Assembly: GCF_011386835.1 (NCBI RefSeq)
Contig: NC_088806.1
Span: forward strand, 1,178,001 to 1,242,000
Length of the DNA stretch: 64,000 nt
Direction of reading: 5' to 3'
Origin: Chrysemys picta bellii
Lineage: Eukaryota
The position numbers were made by a program, and so were the translations under genes. Below, piece after piece: positions 11,305 through 23,656 of this stretch; the first letter of the stretch is position 1, and every line of letters begins with the position of its first letter. Below the pieces are notes generated by a model. That model did not search any database. It was not told the DNA's origin and saw only the letters and a list, made by a program, of their open reading frames with translations.

Positions 11305-14300
11305 ACAGTATTTGGTCCTGCCATGCGGGCAGGGGACTGGACTCGATGACCTCTCGAGGTCCCTTCCAGTCCTAGAATCTATGAATCTATGAAATCCCCC
11401 CTCATTCTTCTCTTCTGCAGACTAAACAATCCCAGTTCCCTCAGCCTCTCCTCATAAGTCATGTGCTCCAGACCCCTAATCATTTTTGTTGCCCTCCGCT
11501 GGACTCTTTCCAATTTTTCCACATCCTTCTTGTAGTGTGGAGCCCAAAACTGGACACAGTACTCCAGGTGAGGCCTAACCAATGTCGAATAGAGGGGAAC
11601 GATCACGTCCCTCGATATGTTGGCAATGACCCTACTTATACAGCCCAAAATGCCGTTAGCCTTCTTGGCAACAAGAGCACACTGTTGACTCATATCCAGC
11701 TTCTCGTCCACTGTAACCCCTAGGTCCTTTTCTTCCATCCTGATGGTTACTTATCACCTTACTATCTTCTAGATGTTTGCAAATTGATACTTTTATTATT
11801 TGCTCCATTATCTTTCCGGGTACAGAAGTTAAGCTGACCGGTCTGTAATTCCCTGGGTTGTCCTTATTTCCCTTTTTAGAGATGGGCACTAGATTTGCCC
11901 TTTTCCAGTCCTCTGGAATCTCTCCCATCTTCCATGACTTTTCAAAGATAATCGCTAATAGCTCAGATGTCTCCTCAGTCAGCTCCTTGAGTATTCTAGG
12001 ATGTATTTCATCAGGCCCTGGTGATTTGAAGACATCTAACTTGTCTAAGTAATTTTTGACTTGTTCTTTCCCTATTTTAGTCTCTGATCCTACCTCATTT
12101 TCACTGGCATTCACTATGTTAGACGTCCAGTCGCCACCAACCTTCTTGGTGAAAACCGAAACAAAGACGTCATTAAGCACCTCTGCCATTTCCACATTTT
12201 CTGTTATTGTCTTTCCCCCCTCATTGAGTAACGGGCCTACCCTCTCCTTGGTCTTCCTCTTGCTTCTAATGTATTTGTAGAATATTTTCTTGTTTCCTTT
12301 TATGTCCCTAGCTAGTTTGATCTTGTTATGTGCCTTGGCCTTTCTAATTTTGTCCCTACATACTTGTGTTATTTATTTATATTCATCCTTTGTAATTTTA
12401 TCCTTTATAATTTGACCCTCATAAAATGATGTGGCCGAGGTCACTCAGCAGAGCTGGAACTCCCAGTTTCAGGTGCTGGTCTCATGGCTGGGCCGCGCCG
12501 TTGCCCTGTGGTTTCCCAGGGCTCCTGCCCACCCCTCCGCCCCCATCTGGTGCATTTTGTTGTCATGCAATGGGGCTACAGGTCATGCTGGGGATCGTTT
12601 GCAATGCGCAGTCACTCCCAGGGCCAGGGAGGGAAAGCTGTTCCCGGGAAGCGTCCCACAACTCTGAGGTAGTTCTGTTCCGGTTCCCGAGTCTCCCCAC
12701 AGCGGCTGAACGTACGTTGGCGATGCGCCGCTCTCCAGTCGGTGCTCGCTTGCCAGATTTCCATTTTCCCAGCCCTCGTCTTTTAGCCACTGTTAGCGGA
12801 AGCCCAACAGATCGATTCAGCTTCCAGTTAACTGCTTGCAACATGATTTTATCCGAGAGGAAAAGATTCGAGCTGCAGTTGAGCTCTGCCCCAAACTTAC
12901 AGGTATCCCACTCCCCTCCCCACTTCCTGACTTTCCCGTGTCTAGCCCCCTGTGATGAAGTGGGGGATTTTCTTGTTTTTTCAATGGTTTGCATGCAGAG
13001 GGGGTGGGACGCAGTTTCCCTGGGTGTTACTGGTTTAACGAGGGGAGGGGAGAGGGAGTTTGTTGTTACACAGGACCGGAGAGGGAACTTGGGACCCCAG
13101 CCAATGGCCTGGCGAATGGAGACCCCAGTGACTTGTGACCTGGTGACCCGGAGGCCCAGCTCGGGAGTCGCAGCCGGTTCTGGCCAGTGGGAGGACAAAG
13201 GGCTGTGAAGCGAGGACCCAGTGACCTGACCAGCCAGTTCCAGCCAGAGGGGCCAGAGGACGGAAGAGAGGAGAGGCGGCCCAGGCGACTCAGTTTACCT
13301 GGAGAGAAGACAATGGACAGAGGCAGGACTTGGGGCAGGTGATATCAGATGCCCAGCTGGGAAGCACGGGGGGTGGGTGGGGACCTTGGGACCGGACAGA
13401 GAGGGAGCAGGCAGAGCCCACCTGGATGCTGGACAGACCTAGACATCCTGTGCTGAGGGAGGCCAATGTTATGCTTATAAGAAGGACATAGGATCTTTTT
13501 CAGGGGAAAAGGCAACACACCGCGTTTATTGAAGATACAACAATTAGCATATGCATTCATTCACACACACACACACACTGTCCCGCCAGTCAATGTTATA
13601 GTTACCACTCCAGAGTCCGGATCAATCGAGCAGCCAGCTAGGTTGATCACGGGTAGGGAGGAGCCGGGTTCTGTCGGTCGCAACACGGGAAGTCTTGTCA
13701 GGACGAAGCCAAAGTTTCATGGGAAGGCCTCCTGTTTATATAGTGATTTTCCTTCATTGGGACCCCCATGAGTTTTGCACCGTCCTGCTGTAATCAATCG
13801 CCGTTTGACGAGTGCTTGTTTTCTTAAATTGTCCTTCTCATTCTTTATCACAGCTCTCTTGTCCCCATGGATAGGCGCCTGTCTCGTCTTTAGTGTCGTG
13901 AAGTTGCCCTTTTTTGACATTTTAGTAGGGGCATGTTGCTGCCTCCTGGCTCCCTCGCGTTTGGTTTTAGGTTGTTGGTTTTTTGTATATTTGGCCTTGA
14001 CACTTAATTTTTTATACACACATTTTTTATTCACACGCAGAACAGAATTAATGTACACAGAACGTTTTGAACAGGAACATCAAGTTGCAATGCGGAAGAA
14101 AAGCAATCACGGCATTTTTTAAACTTATTTTAAAATGCTAAACCTACAACAAAGCGGTGACCTTAAAAGGTCTGTTACCGCCTTGAAATTTTACCAAATG
14201 GCCCATTAAGCCGTTCCTTTCCGCTGTCCAAAAAGGGTGGCTGGCAGGATATGGTCAAATTATACACCAAGACATTTAATACACGCTATGTTATTATTTT

Positions 14301-15477
14301 TTATTTTAAATGATATAAAATACAAACATCAAATTTGACTACTACCCGTCCCCCTTTTGACCCCTCAAGAACAATTCTTGAGTGGGTGAACTCGTTCATA
14401 GCAATGTCCCGAGAGGCCATTTGAGCTCATGGTTGTCATTGAACGAACATGTTTTTGGTTTAACAGCACATACAACACATTCCTAGCAAGCAAACACAGG
14501 ACAGTAGTAATGGGTGGAACATGATGGACAATATGCCCGTAGAGGTCGGGGACCAATGTCGTACCCGTGAGAGGCTGTTAGTTCTTTTTCAGACCTAGCA
14601 ATTTTTAGCATGTCTTTATTCGCACGTAATATTTGAATGACCCGCATCCCTGTATCCCTCTGTGTCTTGTAAAAACCAAGGACCTTTTTTGTTGTTTTAA
14701 AAGATGCTTTAATACCCGAACATTCCCAACTATTACCCAAAACATTGCATGTTCCAGTGATGCTAAACTAAGAATTTGACAGCTTAGTACATTTTATGGC
14801 GAAGGCCGTTGTATTTTTTAATTTTATTTGTACCAAATTTACAGTATTATTTGCCGGCTTGTGAACGAGACTATTTTGGCATTGTGACAAGAAACTGAAC
14901 TTATTTTTAATGACCTCCAGGTCTATAGTTGTTTATAATTCCAGCTCTAAATTTAACTCCTCCTAATTTGGTGTCTACTCCATTTCGTTTTGCTCGGCCA
15001 TTGGAGTGTTTTTAATCCAGGCCGTTATAATAGGAAGGGAGTAGGGTGAACATTTAGGTTCCAATTTACTACGGGGTATTGGACAGTTCTCCACAATAAC
15101 TGTTCGGATCGTTCCTGTCTTAACAGGCTTATTTTACTGATATGGTAATTGTGGGTAGCTGGAACTCCAGGTATCCCCCTAGGGACTCTCTATTTTGACC
15201 CTTATTCCCCAGTGGTTTGGTATTCCTGTGGTGTTTATAAGTCCCACTTCCCCTTCCCAGGCATAAGTATTGGTATTTTTTAAGGGTTTTAAGAGTTGGC
15301 TACTGTTTTTATCATACCGTTTTATGAGGATCACTGGATTACGGGTAGGAATCCATGATTGGCTGGCACGGAGTGAATTATTCCTTAAATATTGGCTGCA
15401 TCTTCTCCCATGATCGCTCTAATCATCCGGGCACTGAAAGTTCCCAGAAGCAGGTAAAGCCAAACCTTACACTGGAG

Positions 15478-16296
15478 TAGGATTACCATATTCAAACATT
15501 TAAAAAAGAGGACACTCCATGGGGCCCTGGTCCGGCCCCCGGCCCTGCCCCAACTCCGCCCCTTCCCCGCCCCGGCCCCGCCCCAACCCCAACCCTTCTC
15601 CGCCCCCATTCCAACCCCTTCCCCAAAGTCCCTGCCCCAACTCTGCCCCCTCCTCTGAGCACCCCGCATTCCCCCTCCTCCCTCCTGCTCTGATCTTGGT
15701 TGGGGGTTGCTAAGTGCTTCCCTGCTCCCCCCTCGCCCTGCAGCCTCTGTGCCCCCTGCTCCCCACTCACCCCGCAGCCCCTGCACCCCCCCGCCCCTGC
15801 AGCCTCTGCGCCCCCTGCTCCCCACTCGCCCTGCAGCCCCTGCACCCCCCCCTGCAGCCTCTGTGCCCCCTGCTCCCCACTCGCCCTGCAGCCTCTGTGC
15901 CCCCTGCCTGCCCTGCCCCTACAGCCTCTGTGCCCCCTGCTCCCCACTCGCCCTGCAGCCGCTGCGCCCCCTGCCCCTGCAGCCTCTACACACACACACA
16001 CACACGCCGCCTGCCCTGCTCCCCCGCTCCCCCGGCAGAGGAGAGCTGTGGGCTCCACGTGGAATCAAACACAGCCCCGCTGCTCTGTGGGGGAGGAGGG
16101 AGCGGGGGAGGGGGAGGGACTCTGGCTGCTAGAGGCCCCAGTGGCTGCGAGCGGCTTTCAATCAGGCCAGGCGTCCAATCAGCCGCGCCGCACTCCGCAG
16201 GAGGGGAAGGGGGAAATCCCGGACATTTCTACTTGATTAGAAATCCCCCCCGGACGGCCATTTAATGCTGAAAAACCCGGACGGATGGTAACCCTA
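15478..16296. mobile_element. hAT-type MITE with an internal ~35-bp minisatellite, inserted in the ERV
   Basis: TIRs TAGGATTACCAT / ATGGTAACCCTA (11 of 12). Perfect 8-bp TSD CACTGGAG at 15470-15477 and 16297-16304. Confidence 0.92.
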
Positions 16297-18174
16297 CACT
16301 GGAGTTTCATTTTCTGTGGATGAAAATGGTGGTGGTGAAGCAGCAGGCTTCGTGCTCGGGTTCCGGGACGTCCTTTTCTGCAAAGAATCCAAACATTGTT
16401 ATTTATGTAAACAGTTTAATTTGTGAAACGTGGACCCATTTCAGTTTTCCATCTTTTTCAGTACGGTGTACCAATGGGCTAAGGCGGTCCGCTATGGAGT
16501 AAGGACCTATTCATTTGTGAGGGGCCCCTTTTTTCCATTTTAAGGTACATGACTTGGTCCCTGTTTCCCACTGGGCTGCCTTTGCGGGCCTTTGTTTCTG
16601 AATTTTGATGTTCATGTGTCCGATGGCCTGATTAACACTACACTGGAGGGTGGTTTTATCTTCTTGTAACTGTTTGAGCCATTGAAAATAATCATGCTGG
16701 GTTATATGAGCGCTCTCTTCTTGCCCCTGTACCAGGTAACGAGGATCAAGCATTAGGCGCATTGGACGTCCAAACAGAATGTGGTTAAATGTTTGTTCTT
16801 AGTCTGTTCCTGCTGCACATGGCAGTCAAAATCAGAGGCAGTTTATCTGGCCCCTTTTTCCCTGTGTGATTTCCTGCCTTCCGGATCGTGTCCTTAACCG
16901 TGCGGTTCATGCGCTCTCCTTGGCCTGAGGACCGAGGCCGGTGTGGTATTTTGTCTAATTTCCTTCCTTCCTTCCTTCCTCCATGGCAATTTATCAATAA
17001 AATCCATTCGAACCCCGTGCCACAGCCCGAGGCTTCCTCGGCACATCGTGGGTTGCCGGTGCGGAGGACGCGCCTTGTCCCAAGCGCACCACACACAATT
17101 TCGCACCCGTGTTTGAACATCGCTTTTTAGACACCTCCATTCTGCCGCTTGCTTTAGCCTTCTTGAAGTACCTTCCACGCCTCCCTGCACAAACTGATGG
17201 GCTACGTTAAGTCACTCCTGTCTTTCTCTTTTTCCTGGAACTGGTGAGGGCAATCCATAGGGCCAGTTGTCAGCATGGACGTCCCTTTTCTGATGTCTGG
17301 TTACAACGGCTCTGTCATGCCATTGTATCTACCCAATTATTTCCGGTGCTCTCCATACCCGTCCCTTTACTGCGTGCCCTGACCTGTCGCACCTCTAACT
17401 GTTCAGGGTGCTTTGTTCCCCACGAGTACGTTTTTTAGCTGTGTTGGTGCAGACATTCTTTTCCATTGTATGTAAATAGGCAATATTTTTTTATTCGCTG
17501 CTTTTGACCCGTTCCGATACCAATCCTGTATTCAAAACTGTCTTTTTTTGCTTTTTACACATAAATCACTATCGGCATAAGTATACACGGGCCCTGGGAA
17601 CGTTCACATTGCCTTAAAACCTGATAAATTGCGTGGCGCTCGGCAGGCCGAGTCGATCCATGGTCTAAGTGTCCCTAAACAACTTCCTCTTCTAAGTTAA
17701 CAGCAGCGTATTTTACGCATCTTTTCCCTTGTACTCCCGCCAGTAAACCAGACGTGCTTTTCCTGGCCCACGGGATCCAATTCTTTCAGTGGGGGTGCAT
17801 CTGCCAAGGCAATTCTTTGCTCCAGAGCGACCTCTGGACATTCATGTGGGCCCCGTTTTCAAGATTTTGTAATCGTGCGGCAGCCAAGGCCATGTCATTA
17901 GCCGCCAAAGGAATACCAAAAGGCCGTGATTCACCAGGGGAACGCCGGGCTGGGGCTGTGAGGGCAGGGTTAAAGCCAAGCCCTGCTCTCTTCCCCATTC
18001 CCAGCCTGTCTTTTTCTTTAGCAGTTTCCACAATGGGTGAGGGATTTCGGCATATTTATAAATGGGTGGGCTAAGAAAACCGAATCCTCCTAGCAGTACC
18101 CTTAAAGAGTGGGTGTCGGTAGGGGCCGGCATTTCTACTAGTGCCCTGATCTTCCTCTGATCTACCTGTCTCCC

Positions 18175-18816
18175 TGTCACGGAGTCCCCGGGCGATGCTC
18201 TGGAACTGCTCCCCACAAAGCCAGTCAGGACTTTGGGGGAGCCTCCTCTCCCTCGGAGCAGACTGTCTTCAGGGCAAGACGCTCACACGGCTTCACCTCC
18301 TGGGTCTCTCCTGGGAGCATTCAGCATATGCCCCTCCGTGCGCTTCCCACAGCGAGTCCGCCCCGGCGGGGTCCTGGGGGAGCCAAAGGGTTCTGCCCCC
18401 CCACTTCACAGTCAGACGTGACTCTCAGCCAGCCAGTAACACAGAGGTTTATTAGACGACAGGAACATGGTCTAGAACAGAGCTTGTAGGTCCAGAGAAC
18501 AGGACCCCTCAGCCAGGTCCATTATGGGGCCCAGCGAGACAGACCCCCGTCTGCCCTCACTTCCAGTCCCCAGCTAGCTCCCAACTGAAACCCCCTCCAG
18601 CCCCTCCTCCTCCAGGCTTTGTCTCTTTCCCGGGCCAGGAGGTCACCTGACCCCTTTGTTCACCTTTAGCTATCCCCTTGCAGGGGGGAAGGGCCACAGC
18701 CATTTGTTGCCAGGAGACAGAGTGTCAGCCATGTATGCACACCGGAGACTTAAGAAATGCATAGGGGAAACTGAGGCACCCACACAGTATTCAGAGGAAA
18801 CATTAAGAACAGTCCC
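18175..18816 (-). mobile_element. Solo LTR of the same Gypsy family as 21237-31365, inverted, inserted in the ERV RT
   Basis: Reverse complement aligns along the LTR at 21237-21917. TCCC on both flanks. The terminal ~11 bp are missing. Confidence 0.88.
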
Positions 18817-20830
18817 TTCTTGTTCCACGACTACGGCCAGGTGTGTAACCTGAGGTAGCACTGACTGACCCTTGTCTCAGGCGACTTTGAACCCCGGTTC
18901 CTGAATTAGCGTTAGTGTTTGAGCAGACCAAGTTTGTCATGTTTTCGCATTTCTTGTATCCCTTTTACAATATACACGGCACGTGTTCGGGGGGAAAGGC
19001 ACATTCCTGCCATAGTTTAATGTCGATAAGATTAGCCATATCGATTTTTACATAAGGTGTAACTGGTTCTTTTGTGCTCCGAGTTTGCATGTACCCTTAA
19101 CAACGTGAGAGTTTGATTACACAGAGCCACCTTAAGGGCACTGTCTTTTACTACAGCTCTTAGCTGCTGTTGTGTTACCGAAAAACCAACTCCAGAATCG
19201 TTTCCCCTTCTCCTGGTTTTGACTGCCCTGCTGCAGCTCCAACTTTGGTCTTTTTAAAAAGATATTCAACTTATAAAGCATTAACACACCTTACGGGCTA
19301 AACGTTAAATCCCAAAGCCAAACAACCCGCGTTACCTGTGTCTGGCAAAACATGTTTTTCAGTTTGGCAGCTTTGAACAAAAGAGTCCGATGGTTTTTAG
19401 TGGTCATTTAAACACAAAACCAGTTCAGCTTAAACCTACAAAACAAGCGTTTTACAAACCAGGTTGTTGGCTTCGGTTCTAAACACTCCACATAGTTGCA
19501 CAATCTATTTATACACTCATGTTCGGGGTTGTTGTTTTTAACATTCCTTACGTTGCATTAATTTTTACACGGCTGTGCACAGATGACGTTTGTACACATT
19601 TGGGGGCGGTTAAGGTCCAAGAGAAACCCCTGATGTTCTTTTAGCAAATTTGACTCAATTTTTCATAGTCAAATGATTTCAATCCGCTTGTCTCTTTGCC
19701 TGGCTTATTTACAGACATTCCTTTGGAAAAGGACTCGCTTGCCCTTCAGAACGGCTGCAAAGAAGCCAAGAATTCTCTTTCTCTAACACTTTTTAACTTT
19801 TTTACAACGTCAACTGCTTCATTCCCTCCAGCCTCTGCAAAGTTAAACGTCTCCCTCTCTTTCCTTAAATCACTTCCTTCTCTCCCCAAATGACACTCAG
19901 ATTTCACCGTTCCCAGGACTGTCCCAGGGATCCGAATTCCCCAGGCCTTTTTTTTTCTTACTCTTGACACTCTGCCCTCAGGGCTTCCAACCTGTTTTCC
20001 AATTTTTGTATCTGTTGCCTGCCTGCTTGTTTGGGTCCGATCCTGCTTTCCTCATCGACCAGTTCCTTCCCATGGGCACAGGCTTTGTCCCACTACCAAT
20101 TTAGCAGGGAGGGTGGGCTCCTTAACTAGCCCCCACCCCTCCTGGTCCCTTTCCTTAAACATTTCTTTCCAAATTGTGAATTCACCACCATGTCACTCAC
20201 AGAAAATACTCCACTGCCCAAACTCCTCTATCCTTTAACCGAGCAAGATCTGTTTAAAAGGAGCAATCTCTTGAACAAAAGATCGTCTTTGCATTGCTTC
20301 CTTTTAAACATTTCTTACCCTATTTGCCCACACTCCTATATCCTTCAGTGTTGGGTCTCCCATAGAAAATACCGCCTGGACATATTCCTTTATGAATCTC
20401 TTTATCTTTAGAACTCCCCCATGCCCACGCTCGTGCTGGGACTTACAAAACACAAACGTCTATCCCCACTAAAACCAGCTCTGCCTGACAGAGCAGGAGG
20501 GGGAAACGCAAAGCCCCCAACATTTGGGCTCAAACCCGCAGGAATATTCACCTGTGCAATTTCCCCCCGACAGACAGGTCGGAGCGAGAACTCGAACCCT
20601 CCCCCTTATGGCCCGGCACCCCTACGACCGGGGGTGCGTGTACCTGGACAGTTTGTATATATTCCATTTTATCTGTATCCACCAATACGTTTCATACATG
20701 CTACATTATTATTTTTTATTTTCTTATTTTCAATGATATAAAACACAAACATAAAACTTTACAACTGTACCAGGCCCGGGGAACCTGAGAGTTTCCTGTG
20801 CTGGAGTCAGACGCTCAATAAACCTCCTGT

Positions 20831-20980
20831 AAAAAGAAGAACAGGAGGACTTGTGGCACCTTAGAGACTAACAAATTTATTAGAGCATAAGCTTTCGTGG
20901 ACTACAGCCCACTTCTTCGGATGCATACTCCTGTTCTTCTTTTTGCGGATACAGACTAACACGGCTGTTACTCTGAAACC
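20831..20980. mobile_element. Penelope-like element terminal fragment (inverted pseudo-LTR arrangement)
   Basis: AAAAAGAAGAACAGGAG at 20831 is inverted as CTCCTGTTCTTCTTTTT near 20928-20944. AAACCTCCTGT is duplicated at both flanks. Contains a minimal hammerhead motif. Confidence 0.75.
20885..20925 (-). ncRNA. Minimal type I hammerhead ribozyme-like motif (Penelope type), C at core position 4
   Basis: Minus strand reads GCAU-CCGAAGA-A-GUGGGC(UGUA)GUCCAC-GAAA-GCUU-AUGC: stem I GCAU/AUGC, 6-bp stem II, palindromic AAGCUU. Confidence 0.6.
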
Positions 20981-21919
20981 TCCTGTGTTACACTGGCTGA
21001 GAGTCGCTCCGGGCTAGAGAAAGGGGAGGGGGGTGTGGAGGCCCCGGGGGGTCCAGAGCGAGGGGACTCCCTGAGGGGGCCCACGGCAGAGACAGACGTG
21101 CTAAGGCTCCGAGAGGTGCGGCTCCAGGAGGTGGAGGGGCCTGACCCCTGGGAGAAAGTGGACCCCCAAGAAGGGCTGTCCCACTGAAAGGGGCACCCCC
21201 CACGGACCGCATGGTGTGGGCACCTGTGAGTCCGTGTGTGACAAAGTGGGACTGTTCTTAATGTTTTCCTCAGTTTCCCCTATGCAGTTCTTAAGTATCT
21301 AGCGGGTGGGATAAGGGTGTATGGTTGCTGCAGAGCAAAGGGCCAGGGTACATAAATGCCCGACACTCTGTCTCCTGGCAACTGATGGCCTGGGCCCCTC
21401 CTCTGCAAAGGTGCCAACTGAAGGTGTTGGAGACAAAGGGGTCAGGTAACCTCCTGGCCCGGGAAAGAGACAAAGCCCAGAGAAGGAGGGGCTGGACGGG
21501 GGTGGGAGTTTGGAGCTAGCTGGGGACTGGAAGGGAGGGCGGACGTGGGTTTGCCTCGCTGGGCCCCAGAATGGACCCGGCAGAGGGGTCCCGTTTGCTG
21601 GACCTACAAGCTCTGTTTTAGACCATGTTCCCGTCGTCTAATAAACCTCTGTGTTACTGGCTGGCTGAGAGTCACGTCTGACTGCGAAGTGGGGGGTGCA
21701 GGACCCTCTGGCTTCCCCAGGACCCCGCCTGGGCGGACTCGCTGTGGGAAGCGCACGGAGGGGCATATGCTGAATGCTCCCAGGAGAGACCCAGGAGGTG
21801 AAGCCGTGTGAGCTCCTTGCCCTGAAGACAGTCTGCTCTGAGGGAGAGGAGGCTCCCCAAAGTCCTGCCTGGCTTGTGGGGAGCAGTTCCAGAGCATCGC
21901 CCGGGGACTCCGTGACAAC

Positions 21920-21937
21920 TGGTGGCAGAGGTGGGAT
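21920..21937 (+). promoter_or_regulatory. Primer-binding site complementary to a tRNA-Leu 3' end (second copy at 26660-26677)
   Basis: TGGTGGCAGAGGTGGGAT 2 nt after the LTR end. Differs by one base from TGGTGGCAGCGGTGGGAT, the tRNA-Leu(AAG/UAG) complement as I recall it. Confidence 0.75.
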
Positions 21938-23656
21938 GTACGGCACCCCGTGAAGGGCGCTTCTTGCAGTAAGTGACTGGGGAGCAGTAAAACGAAGGGG
22001 GGATACCAAGAACCAGGCGTGCTGAAGCTCAGAGAGGGACGGTTTCGGGGCGATTAACCCCAGGAGTGTGCGACCAGTGAGAAGGACTGTTGGAGTAACG
22101 GGGTTCCCCTGGGGATTGCAGCGAGCGGTCCCAGGGGCGGAGGAGTCTGCAGCTCGACCCTGGCAAAGAGGTGATACCACGAGAAGGGCTGGCACACTAG
22201 GGCTTCTTCCTGGAAACCAGGGGGAGCTGAGAGCACACGGGCCTGAGAATCCAGAGCAACTTGGGAACAGCGGAGTGATGGCCTATCACCATCTCCTCAA
22301 GAAGGACTTTGTGATCCTGTGCAAAAAGAGAGGGTGACGCATTGGGAAGTTCACCAAGGCCCAGTTAATCGTGCAGCTGGACGAGGACCGCTCTAAGGAG
22401 CAGATTCCTGACCCAGACGGGGCTACAAGAGGATCTGGGAGCAGCTGGAGCAGTAGCCAGGCATCCCCAAGAGTCTGGTCCCCAACCGGACGGGGGTCTT
22501 CACGCTCGGGTTCCCCATCAGGGGGTCGGAGACGGATGGGACTGGAGCTGAGTCCGAGAGAGCGAGAGGACCGTGAGAGACAGCGAGAGCCCGAGGAAAA
22601 GCTGCAGGAGACGCAGCGGCAGCATGGACTGGCGCTGGTGGAGCGGAGAGGCATAGGGGGCTCCCCAGGGGTGAGTGGGGATAGACCCCGGGCTGCCAGT
22701 TCCGCAGGGAGCCTTGACACTAAATTGCTGCCCCTGGTTAAGGGGGGGGGGGGATGTGGATGCCCACCACACGGCCTTGGAGCAGGCTGGCAATTTGAAC
22801 CAGGGGGACCCTGCGGAGAAGCCCCGGTATCTAGCCCCCTTGCTGGGTCCCAAGGCCATAGACGCCGTCAGCCAGATGGGTGGGGTGGTGGATAGGCTCC
22901 CACTCCTGGCCCCGGCCTATATGTCTGCGTGGAGTCTCCTGGGCTCAGGCCCCTCGGACCCCCAGTGGGAGCGGAAGGTGCGGGTCAATGGGGGGACATG
23001 CCTGGGGTGGCGAGACCCTGGGACAGAGAGAACTGTTGTCAGGCCCCGGGCGGTGCAGCCGCAGATGCTGAGGGGCTGTGTGACCTGGGGGAAGGTCCCC
23101 GGGACGAAGCCCCTCGCCCTGCCTATGGCCGGATCCCTGTGCAGACCCAGGAGGGGTCGGGCTGGCTGGTCGTTGGGGTTCTCCAGGATCTCGGCTGTGA
23201 GGTCCTGTTGGGGGGTGACGGTGTCTCTTTGGGACAGGATCCAGGCCCTGCCCCTGTAACGACCGAGGATTTGAATTTGAATCCAGGGAACCAATTGGCT
23301 AAGAGGGAAATGGTCAGTGACAATGCAAATGACCTGGCTGGCAGGAGGGAGGGGCTGCTGGGCTCAGGGTACCTGCCTGCCTGTGACCAGACCCCTGGGG
23401 CGGAGTGGGAGGGAGAGATGCTCCCCGCCCCCCTGCACACCGGAGAGGGGGTCACGCTGGCTCTGATGCTGTGACCAGAGCAGAGAGCTCGCTGCCTGCC
23501 CCCACTGGGACAACAGGGACAGTGCTGGGCACGGTGGGAGCTGAGACCCCAGCTGAGTGGGGGGGGACACAGGCTGGGCACGGTGGGAGCTGAGACCCCA
23601 GCTGAGTGGGGGGGGGACACAGGCAGGACAGGTCGGCTGCCAACCAGGTTTGCCTG

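Larger units (their letters stand above)
2321..11393 (+). mobile_element. Near full-length CR1 LINE (5' UTR, ORF1, ORF2, 3' tail), interrupted by a Harbinger element
   Basis: ORF1 at 2539-~3596. ORF2 at 8548-11304. Tail GAATCTATGAATCTATGA. Short duplication AAATC at 2316-2320 and 11392-11396. Confidence 0.93.
1979..11733 (-). mobile_element. Second 5'-truncated CR1 (different subfamily), split into 1979-2320 and 11392-11733
   Basis: 3' tail CATAGAATCACAGAAT at 1979. CTATCAAATC (2320) continues as AAATCCCCCCTCATTC (11392), exactly as in the uninterrupted copy near 57781-57810. ORFs 2060-2317 and 11379-11738 are CR1 ORF2 C-terminus. Confidence 0.9.
427..12410 (-). mobile_element. 5'-truncated CR1 LINE (ORF2/RT region), split by later insertions: own sequence at 427-1141, 1448-1978 and 11734-~12410
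   Basis: Starts with the CR1 3' tail (CATAGAATC on + strand). ORFs 568-933, 1151-1891 and 11656-12195 give CR1 ORF2 motifs ([40 protein letters not shown]). Sequence ending GACAAATC at 1979 continues colinearly at 11734. Confidence 0.88.
13467..20772 (-). mobile_element. Decayed endogenous retrovirus, probably class I (gamma/epsilon-like): 3' LTR ~13467-14349, PPT, env-region remnant, integrase, RT, gag remnant, partial 5' LTR ~20660-20770
   Basis: Integrase motif KIPHRPRSSGQGERMNRTVK (ORF 16785-17120). RT-like GFKVA-DKGQ...VTHL...RQVDQRKIRAL. LTR with minus-strand polyA signal (TTTATT ~13525) and TATA (TTTATATAG ~13735). PPT AAAAGGGGGAC. The U3 start is repeated near 20700. Confidence 0.75.

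Noticed and set aside
12426-13208. 260-aa (+) and 211-aa (-) ORFs
   Set aside because: They cross from unique sequence into an LTR at 12951, overlap on opposite strands and have no motifs.
21920-21937. tRNA-Leu-like sequence as a tRNA gene
   Set aside because: Only 18 nt complementary to the tRNA 3' end, placed right after an LTR. It is a primer-binding site.
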